The translations under genes were made by a program, and so were the position numbers. This document shows positions 17,651 to 25,500 of a stretch of 64,000 bases of DNA, piece after piece. Each line of letters opens with the position of its first letter. Position 1 is the stretch's first letter. The notes beneath the pieces were generated by a model that did not search any database, was not told where the DNA came from, and saw only the letters and a list, made by a program, of their open reading frames with translations. Origin of the DNA: a virus (taxonomy: Duplodnaviria > Caudoviricetes); the IMG/VR virus record IMGVR_UViG_3300036797_000054, positions 1 through 64,000 of that record. The stretch is one strand, 5' to 3'.

Positions 17651-17703
17651 TCCGCAGCACCGAGTAGGCTGCGCCGCGCTGAACGACCTGGAGGTGCGAG
17701 ATG
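17651..17703 (+). promoter_or_regulatory. putative class II promoter plus shared extended RBS
   Basis: TCCG-N10-TAGGCT-N4-CGCGCT...CTGGAGGTGCGAGATG; same layout at 59581-59636. Confidence 0.55.
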
Positions 17704-18204
17704 GCAAATGTAGAGCTGGTGCAGCCCGTCATGGGGCGCGAGGAGTCGGAGGCGGTGCAGGTAGTCGCGCGCGCAGTGCTGGGCAAACGCATCCTCGTGG
17801 AGCACGACGAGGACAAGCTGCGCGGCGCGCTCGAAGCGCTCGAACACGCGCCAATCGCGGGCGGCGCGAAGGGGCGGCCCGACGGCGACCGACCCGCAGG
17901 GGCGCGCGGCACCGACCCGCACACGAGCAAGGCGGCCGCCGAGCGCATCGCGCCGCAGGCCGCGTCCAATCGCGGGCAAATCCTGCGCTTCATCCTCTCG
18001 GGTGGTCGCAGTGGGCGCACCAACGACGAGATCAGTCGCCACTACCCGCAGATGCGCGGGCCGTGGAAGCGCGTCAGCGAGCTGGCCCGCGAAGGCTGGA
18101 TCGTCGCGCTACCCGGCATCACTCGTTCGGGCAGCAGCGGTATGGAGCAGCAGGTCTATGCCCCGGCGACCGCCGCGTACGAGTGGATGGAAAAGCAGTC
18201 ATGA
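17701..18204 (+). CDS. putative winged-helix DNA-binding protein
   Basis: ARGTDPHTSKAAA...QILRFI...GRTNDEI...KRVSELAREGWI. Confidence 0.65.
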   Translation: MANVELVQPVMGREESEAVQVVARAVLGKRILVEHDEDKLRGALEALEHAPIAGGAKGRPDGDRPAGARGTDPHTSKAAAERIAPQAASNRGQILRFILSGGRSGRTNDEISRHYPQMRGPWKRVSELAREGWIVALPGITRSGSSGMEQQVYAPATAAYEWMEKQS

Positions 18205-18225
18205 TCCGTGGCGCGTAGCAGGTAG

Positions 18226-18246
18226 ATAGACCTCCTGCCGTAGCTT
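18226..18246 (+). promoter_or_regulatory. putative late promoter (class III) driving small RNA
   Basis: ATAG-N11-TAGCTT. Confidence 0.7.
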
Positions 18247-18251
18247 TCAGG

Positions 18252-18348
18252 GTGGCTCGCACTCCCGCCGCGAGCTTCGGAGCCGACGCTGGCACTCGGG
18301 ATCTCGCACCTCCCCTGACCGCCAGCGTCGGCTCTACGCCTTCGGAGC
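18252..18348 (+). ncRNA. candidate antisense small RNA against GGAGGTGCGA(G)AT ribosome-binding sites
   Basis: Perfect 14-bp stem 18280-18293/18321-18334 whose loop carries ATCTCGCACCTCC (18301-18313); 6-bp stem 18255-18260/18270-18275; ends approximate. Confidence 0.65.
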
Positions 18349-18354
18349 AGTCCA

Positions 18355-18375
18355 ATAGACGGTCAGACTTACGAT
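18355..18375 (+). promoter_or_regulatory. putative late promoter (class III), leaderless
   Basis: ATAG-N11-TACGAT, 7 nt before GTG 18383. Confidence 0.75.
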
Positions 18376-18382
18376 CAGTCCC

Positions 18383-18922
18383 GTGACGCAAGCGAGCGAG
18401 CGAGACGCGATTGAGTCCCTGGCTGAGGCGACCGTGCGCCCGGCGGTAGCTGCGCGCGGGCAGACGGTACGCCTCATCCTGGCCTGTGCACTGGCGGCCT
18501 TTCTGGCGGCCGCGATCATCGCTATCCCGACGACGATCGTCCTGAGCGAAGCGATCAGCCGCGGCCCCGAACAGCAGGCGCAGGCCAACTCGCTCGCCAA
18601 CTGCGAAGCGCAGGCCAACTCGCGACCCACGGGTAATGGACGGACGTTGCTTCAGCGCATCGCCCTCGAAATCGTGCTGGTCGATGAGCGGCACGCGCCA
18701 ACTGCCGAGCGGGCAACGGCGCTCGAACGCACCAACTCGCTACTCCGGGCTGAATCTGCGGTGCCGCAGCGCCTGCCCGAAGGCTTCCCCACGCGTGTCA
18801 GCTCGTTGGCCGAGCTGCTGCCGCTGCTCAAGACGCTGCCGCCGATCAACTGCAAGGAACGCCTCCAGCTCTCTGTCGTTCAGTCCACTCCGACCGTCCG
18901 GGAGGTAAGCGCTCATGGATAG
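18383..18922 (+). CDS. membrane-anchored protein
   Basis: TM segment LILACALAAFLAAAIIAIP; two Cys in the extracellular part. Confidence 0.7.
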   Translation: MTQASERDAIESLAEATVRPAVAARGQTVRLILACALAAFLAAAIIAIPTTIVLSEAISRGPEQQAQANSLANCEAQANSRPTGNGRTLLQRIALEIVLVDERHAPTAERATALERTNSLLRAESAVPQRLPEGFPTRVSSLAELLPLLKTLPPINCKERLQLSVVQSTPTVREVSAHG

Positions 18923-19457
18923 CGTCAGCCCTAGCCAGCCGATCAGCCTTACCAAGGAACAACTCTCGGAAGTCGTCACAGCGGCCGTCGATGCCGCCAC
19001 CGACCGCGTAGCGCGGCGCGACCGCTGGCTCATGGCCGCGATCGCCGCCATCTGCTCAGCGATCGTCTCTTGTGCGATCGCCATCCCAGTGACCTTGGAG
19101 CTGAGCTCGGATGCAGCGCATACAGCATCGCTCAACGCCAAGCGCAACTGCAAAAACATCAGCAAATTGGCCCAGGTCGAGGAATCGTCATTTCGGGAAT
19201 CCCAGGCCGAGATCAAAGTGTTCGAGCATCAGTCCAGCGACACGCTCGGCCTGAGCCAGAGCGAGTTTGAAGGTCTGCTCGCCGCAGGCGAACGGCGAGA
19301 AATGGTGCGCATCGCCAACCTCCAGGCGATCGCTGCCACCGATTGCAGCGCTAACGTAGCCCGTACGCCCGAAGTGAAGTTGCCGAATCCGACAGTGCGG
19401 ACGCCTACATCTCGCGCACCAACAAAACCACCGGCAACGCGCCCGCGCGGCAAATAG
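18915..19457 (+). CDS. membrane-anchored protein, probable paralog of upstream gene
   Basis: TM ending AIP[TV]T, then NC...C pair with the same layout as 18383-18922. Confidence 0.7.
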   Translation: MDSVSPSQPISLTKEQLSEVVTAAVDAATDRVARRDRWLMAAIAAICSAIVSCAIAIPVTLELSSDAAHTASLNAKRNCKNISKLAQVEESSFRESQAEIKVFEHQSSDTLGLSQSEFEGLLAAGERREMVRIANLQAIAATDCSANVARTPEVKLPNPTVRTPTSRAPTKPPATRPRGK

Positions 19458-19461
19458 GGAG

Positions 19462-19671
19462 GTGATCGGCCCCTTGGGCCTGCTCCTCACAGTCCTGTTG
19501 ATCGTTCTCGCTGGAGCCGTCTTGACCGGGATCGCGATTTTCTTTGCTCATCGCAATGCACGACGCGACGAGCAGATCGCACGCGCGGCCGCCGACAAGG
19601 CAGTCGAGCTCGCAGTCAAACGGGTCAGGGGGGACGAGTGGCTGCGACCGCCAACACGCACTCACTCCTGA
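19462..19671 (+). CDS. small single-TM membrane protein
   Basis: LGLLLTVLLIVLAGAVLTGIAIFF. Confidence 0.65.
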   Translation: MIGPLGLLLTVLLIVLAGAVLTGIAIFFAHRNARRDEQIARAAADKAVELAVKRVRGDEWLRPPTRTHS

Positions 19672-19979
19672 TCGCGCTGATCACGGCGGTGTGCACCGGC
19701 GCACCGGCGCTGATCTACACGGTGGTGCGCGGCCGCAAGCGTGGTCCGCAGGAAGAACAGGAGCTGATCAGCCGCGCCTCAAAGGACGCGGTGGACGCCA
19801 TGGACACGGTGCTCACACGCGCTCGCGAGGAGCGGCAGGAGCTGCTGAACAAGGTTGACGATCTCCAGCGGCGCGTCGATCAGGGCGAACGGCGCGAGAC
19901 TGAGCAAGTCCAGCGCATCGCGCATCTGGAGTCGTGCGTTCAGCAGTTGCGCGCGGGCATGGCTGCGCCAGAGTGTTAG
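19638..19979 (+). CDS. membrane protein with C-terminal coiled coil (holin-like or lysis accessory)
   Basis: N-terminal TM, basic stop-transfer RGRKRG, heptad C-terminus. Confidence 0.6.
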   Translation: MAATANTHSLLIALITAVCTGAPALIYTVVRGRKRGPQEEQELISRASKDAVDAMDTVLTRAREERQELLNKVDDLQRRVDQGERRETEQVQRIAHLESCVQQLRAGMAAPEC

Positions 19980-19996
19980 ACCTCGCCGCGTAGACT
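19976..19996 (+). promoter_or_regulatory. putative late promoter (class III), leaderless
   Basis: TTAG-N11-TAGACT, 6 nt before ATG 20003. Confidence 0.75.
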
Positions 19997-20002
19997 CCAC
20001 CC

Positions 20003-22528
20003 ATGGCCGTCCGCACTCGCGAAGCACCGCCTCCGACTGCTCGGCCGACGACTCCGCCGCCTCCGCTGCCGCCACAGGCGACGCCACCCGAACGTACTAG
20101 CCACGTCGCTGCTGTCGCCGCCGCGGCGACGGCCGCCGCGCTCGCCGCGGGCGACGGCAAGACAGTCCCGACGCCGCCGCCGATCGCGCTCGTTCGCGCC
20201 GCTGTAGCAACGCTCGTCGACGCGATGAATCAGGTGTTCCTCGAACGCCGCTCGACGTTTCTCCAGTACATCACCACGACGGCGCAGCGACAGATGCCAG
20301 CCGTTGCACACGACCGCGTGGCGCTGCTCGCCGCCGAGGAGATGCGCAACGAGGCCGAGTTCCAGCGCAAGTCACGCCTGCGCCTCGAACGCGACTTGCC
20401 CGAGGCGCTGCGCATCGCGGACCCAGGCGAACGCGCCAAGGCCGTCGCCAAGCTGCTCGAACGCGAGAAGCGCTTCCTTGTCCAGCGTGAACAGGCGGCG
20501 GCGCAGCGGCTGGTCGCGTCGCTCGAAGCCGAACTGCTCAAGCAGGCGTCGCCGCAGGGAGCCTACTGGCAGCTCTCGCCGCTGATCCGCAATCACTGCC
20601 TGCGCTGCCTGGCGATGGCGGGCAAGTTCTGGCCGTGGGAGGTCTTGGAAGCCAACCGCCTGCCGATGCACCCGCACTGCGGCTGCTCGCTGCTGTCGCT
20701 GAACGAGGCCATCGCGCGCAAGCTGATGACCGCCAACGACGTGCCCGACAAGGACGACGCGGCGAAGCTCGCGCGCTCACTGCTCGACCAGGCGGCCCAA
20801 GTCGAAGAGGGGCTGAGCGAGGAGCAGGTGCACGCATTGACCGACCGGCTACACCTGCATGTCGCGGAGGCGAGCGTGCGCGAGTGGCTGCGCTGGGGCA
20901 AGGGCAGCTCGCACGGCGGTGAGTTCCGCTCCAAGCTCGGGGGCGATCCCGGCGTGGCATCGACCGAGGAGGCACTACGCCACTTGCACGGCACGATCGC
21001 CGGGCTCAGTGGCCGCCACGTCACGATCCGCGGCGAGGCGCACACCGTTCCCAAGGCCGAGGACTGGGAGCACAAGATCGGCTCGCACACGTACAGCTCG
21101 CCGTGGGGCACCACGCGGATATACCGCGATGGGCTGCTGCTGAGCGAGGATCACCAGGATCTCGGCGGCGAGGAATACCACCCGCCGGGTGACGTGCCCG
21201 ACGCGCCGACGCTGCCGCTCGGCGGCAGGCAGGAGGGTTGGGCGACCGATGCTTTGCTGCCACGACTGCCTCCGAAGGACGCAGGCGATCTCGTGCCGGA
21301 CTACTCGCGCACAAAGCTGGAGCTCGGCAAGGGCGCGGGCGGTTCCACCGGCGCGAAATGGGCCTTCAGCAAGTCGGGCGATCGCTGGCTGATCAAGACG
21401 TACAAGGGCAGCCAGGATCGCGTTGCGACTGAGCTGCTGGCGAACGCGATCTACCGGGAGCTCGGCGCGACGGTCGCGCCCGCAGGCACCTACTACGCCG
21501 ACCAGCATGGCAAGCCGATCGTGGCGCTGGCCTACCCGACGCTGCCGGGAGGCACGCGCAAGATTGAGCAGCCCTCGCGTGAGCTCGGCAAGCACTTCAT
21601 GGCCGACGCGCTGGTGGGGAACTGGGATGTCGTCGGGCTCTCCGACGACAACGTGCTCTGGCAGCCCGATGGCAGCCCGGCGCGACTCGACCAGGGCGGC
21701 ACGTTCGAGTTCCGTGCACAGGGCGCACCCAAGCCCTACGGGCCGGTCCCGACAGAGGTTTGGACGATGATGTCGCCCAAGGGCCAGGCGTTCGACAAGA
21801 TGGACGTGAACGAGCCGGAAATGCGCGACCAGGCGGCGCACATCGCGCAAACGCTCACCCCCGAGCACGTTCACGCGCTCGTCAAAGCCGCACCGTTCGC
21901 GGACAAGGCGATGGCGCAGCGCATCGAGCAGGGCCTGAACAATCGCGTGCAATGGATGCACGACTTCTCGCGCGGCGAGGAGAACGTGCCGCAGCCGCTC
22001 GCGGGCAAAGCGGTCGGCACCGTCCTCGGCAAAGACCAGGAGGAGCACCTGCACCCGACGCCCGAGCAGCACGCGGCACTGCGCCGGTTCACGAGCGACG
22101 AACGTCTCCAGCGGGTGCTGCAAGAGCGGCTGCGCTCGGGCGAGAAGCTGTCCACGGTCCAGCGCGAGACACGCAACGGCCTGGATCGTCTCATCGACCA
22201 CACGCAGACGCCAGAGGACTTGACGCTCTACCGCACGCTCGACCCCGACCAGCTCCCCGATCTGGACAAGCTCGTCGGCAAGGTCGTCAAAGACAAAGCG
22301 TTCGCCACGGCGACCACGAGACGGGCGGCCGCACGCGAAGCGCCGGGGATGCTTCAGATTCACGTCCCGGCTGGCTCGCGCGCGCTGCATACCCCCTCGA
22401 TCGAGGACATCGGAGAGGACGACCCGCACACTGAGGTCATGCTGCCGCGTTCGTCGCGCCTGCGCGTCAAGCGCGTGCAGCGCCGCGGCGGCCGCACGAT
22501 CATCCACGCGGTGGCTCTCGATGGCTGA
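20003..22528 (+). CDS. MuF-like minor head protein fused to kinase-like and ADP-ribosyltransferase-like domains
   Basis: HCLRC...PMHPHCGCSL (MuF); GGSTGA..WLIK..ELLAN..DALVGNWD..DN..RLDQG (HipA/PI3K-like); LYR..DKAFATAT..EVMLPR (VIP2-like ART). Confidence 0.8.
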   Translation: MAVRTREAPPPTARPTTPPPPLPPQATPPERTSHVAAVAAAATAAALAAGDGKTVPTPPPIALVRAAVATLVDAMNQVFLERRSTFLQYITTTAQRQMPAVAHDRVALLAAEEMRNEAEFQRKSRLRLERDLPEALRIADPGERAKAVAKLLEREKRFLVQREQAAAQRLVASLEAELLKQASPQGAYWQLSPLIRNHCLRCLAMAGKFWPWEVLEANRLPMHPHCGCSLLSLNEAIARKLMTANDVPDKDDAAKLARSLLDQAAQVEEGLSEEQVHALTDRLHLHVAEASVREWLRWGKGSSHGGEFRSKLGGDPGVASTEEALRHLHGTIAGLSGRHVTIRGEAHTVPKAEDWEHKIGSHTYSSPWGTTRIYRDGLLLSEDHQDLGGEEYHPPGDVPDAPTLPLGGRQEGWATDALLPRLPPKDAGDLVPDYSRTKLELGKGAGGSTGAKWAFSKSGDRWLIKTYKGSQDRVATELLANAIYRELGATVAPAGTYYADQHGKPIVALAYPTLPGGTRKIEQPSRELGKHFMADALVGNWDVVGLSDDNVLWQPDGSPARLDQGGTFEFRAQGAPKPYGPVPTEVWTMMSPKGQAFDKMDVNEPEMRDQAAHIAQTLTPEHVHALVKAAPFADKAMAQRIEQGLNNRVQWMHDFSRGEENVPQPLAGKAVGTVLGKDQEEHLHPTPEQHAALRRFTSDERLQRVLQERLRSGEKLSTVQRETRNGLDRLIDHTQTPEDLTLYRTLDPDQLPDLDKLVGKVVKDKAFATATTRRAAAREAPGMLQIHVPAGSRALHTPSIEDIGEDDPHTEVMLPRSSRLRVKRVQRRGGRTIIHAVALDG

Positions 22529-25500
22529 CTGGGCGACGCTGGAGGTTGAAAGCGCGCCGGGGCAGGCCGGGCGCGATGACCCGGACAACCTGCTCGGCGG
22601 ACCCGCGGGCGCGACGACAAGCATCCTCGAATACGCGCCGCTCGAAGCGCGCGACCATGACGACGCACAGGACTGGGGCGACCCCGACGAGGACACGCCT
22701 GTGCCGACGTTGATCGCGGGCGGCGAGCCGGTCCAGCTCGACCCCGAGGCGGTGATCGAGGCGGCCGTGTGGAAATCCGATCTGCACCCGCGCTGGCCCA
22801 AGGGCACGCCTGAGCGCGGCGGTGAGTTCATGCGCGTGGGCGAGCACTTCATGTCGGGCGGCCACGAGTGGGAGATCGCCCACATCGTTCACGGGCACGT
22901 CATCGCGCACCGCGCTGGTGGCAAGGTCAGCACGATGGGCGAGCACGTCTTCAAGGTCGAGCCGCACCCCGAGGGGGGGGGCACTCACTTGCCTGGAGTT
23001 GAGCGTGTGGTCGCTCCTATCCCCACCGGCAGCAAAAGCGAGTCGGGCACCGTCACGGTCATCAGCCCCTATGTCGATTCCTCCACGCATGATCCCTCGA
23101 TACCGCTCCCGGCCAGCTCCGAGCTCAGCGCCACCGAGTGGCAGCGCTTCGGCCACGCCGACCAGCTCGTTTACACCGAGCTCATGGAGCGCTTCGGCAC
23201 CTACAAGCCGGGCGTGGCGCAGAAACTCGTGGACGAGGCGTACTCGAAGGCAACTCAGCAGGTGCAGAACATGGTGCGCAACGCCTACGACTCGCAGTAC
23301 GGCTCCAGCACCGGGAAAACGCTCTCGCTCGCCAAGGACCAAATCACCACGAGCGATGCCGAGCTGCGCACCAGCGCGATCGCGCTGCTGGCTGAGCACG
23401 CCGCCGCGGTGCAGTGGGACCTGTACAACCGCACGCGCTCGCCCGACATCACGCTGACGCACAAGAGCGACAACGACCAGTCGTGGTGGAAGCAGAAAAT
23501 CGCCAAAAAGAAGGCGATCTTCTCAGCGCTCTCCCAGGCGTGGGCGTACAAACATGGCAGCTTCGGCGGCCACGGCATGGTGACGCCGTTTGCGATCCGC
23601 CACATCACCATGTCCACGCAGAGCGCGCACGCGGGCACCGGCGTCAAATTCCTCGGCGAGAAAGAGGTGTCGTCGCCGTACAGGTGGGTCCCCGACGAGC
23701 GCTCGATTCCGATCTCCGACAATGGCCCACAGTCGAAAGGGCTCTCCTGGCTCGCAGGCGCGACGACGGTGCCGGTCGGCGGCCACATCGCCGATGCGCT
23801 GCGCGACTCGCTGAAGAACGGGACCTACCTGCCGCCCGTCGCGCAGCCGCCGAACGTGACGATGGACGGTGCGAGCGGCAAGACGTGGGTCGATCCGCCT
23901 GCCAAAGCGGCCGATCCGCAGTTCGGTCCCGGCGCGAAGCTACCGACGACCTACGACCACCTGATCGCCCCGAGCGATCTGCCCAAGGGCGTCCCCTGGC
24001 ACAAGGTGGACAAGGACGGCAACCCGGTCGCGCAGACAGGCGAAGAGGCCAGCGCCCACGTCGGCCAATACTTCCTCGGGATGAAGGGCACGCTCTACTG
24101 GATCGGCCCTGATCCGGGTGCGAAGGGCGGCTACCCGTTCCACATTTTCAAGGCCGAGAACGGCACATTCACCTCGGAGGACTTTGGCTACGACGCGACC
24201 AAACCGGGCTACTACATCGACAAAGACTTCGACCTCGGCGACTACCTGGAGAAACAGAACAAGGCCCCCGGCTTCACGCCGTCGGACTGGGCCGAGTCCA
24301 GCGACGCGAAGTTCGTAGAGGAGATGAGTCCCGGTGAGAAGTTCAAGCTGAACGGCACCGCCTACGAGGTGCTGGGGGAGCCCGTCAACGGTCAGGTGCC
24401 CGTCATCGACATGGAGTCGGGCCTGAAGGGGAAAATCAACGGCACCTACAAGACGAACTACCTGATCGCGGCCGATGGCTCGGACCACCCCGCACCGAGC
24501 CTCGATGCGCCGATGTTCGCCGATGGCGATTGGGTGCAGACGCCGTTTGGCAAGGCGCGCGTAACCGGCGTCGAGGAGATGCCCCACGCAGCGCAGCTCG
24601 TCCAGGTCACGCACGTCTCGGGCATAAAGGGAGCAACCGAGTTCCCGAGCAACGAGCTATCGCACTGGACGCCGTTGGTGTCGGGCAAGCCCACTGTCGG
24701 CACGACGTTCCCCTACAAGGGCAAGAAGGCCACGGTCACGAAACTGCTCGCCAACGGCGAGATCCAGCTCAATCTCAAACCCGGCAAGGTCAAGATCACC
24801 GAGGTCGAATTCGCCGAGCTGCACGCGCACGAGGCGATCCCCGTTCACAAGTACGCGATCGACCAGCGCAAGATGAAGCTCGGCAAGATGAGCGTGGGCG
24901 ATGTGTTCCACGCCTCGGCGGGCAATCAGACGTTGCGCCCGTATCAGGTCGTCCACAACGACGAGGCCGCGAAAATCGTCCACGTCCAGAACCTCGACAC
25001 AGGCAAGGTCGAGCAGATGTCCAAGGGCGTCAGCTACCGACGTTTGCTGCCGCAGGCCAGCTCAGCCGACGTGCCGCCCGCGGAGATGCCCAAGGGTGCG
25101 CCGGTGAAAGCCACGGGCGGCAACCACGTCGGGCCTGCATGGGACCCGGCGAAGTTCGAGCCGGGGGAGAAGCTGACCGTCCAGAACATGACCGTCGGGA
25201 CCTACTTCGCCGACACCGAGGGCAACATCAATCAGAAGGTCGAGGACACGCCGACGCACAGCATGGGCGAACTGCTCTCCAACGCGACGACGACCTTGAT
25301 CGCCCACGGCGCGCAGACGACGCCGCTGAAGACCTACAAGCCGATCGCCTCAGCCGACGCGCCGATCAGCGCGATGCTCGATGTGGACGACCCCGGCAGC
25401 GGCCAGCACAGCCAGGCCACGCCGTTCGATCCGTCGAGCTACATCGAGGGCGAGAAGGTGAAAATCGGCGAGCTGGAGCCAGGCACGATGTTCAAGACCG

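Noticed and set aside
18119-18316. Minus-strand gene using GGAGGTGCGAG as its RBS
   Set aside because: The codon in the start position is ATC, no other minus-strand genes are credible, and the site lies in a hairpin loop behind a plus-strand promoter motif
18252-18386. 44-codon ORF from GTG 18252
   Set aside because: Poor GC3 codon pattern, runs through the next promoter, and does not explain the 14-bp stem; not fully excluded
20975-22885. Long minus-strand ORFs (for example 636 aa here, 34332-35879, 61793-63409)
   Set aside because: Shadow ORFs of GC3-rich plus-strand genes; no motifs and they overlap well-supported genes
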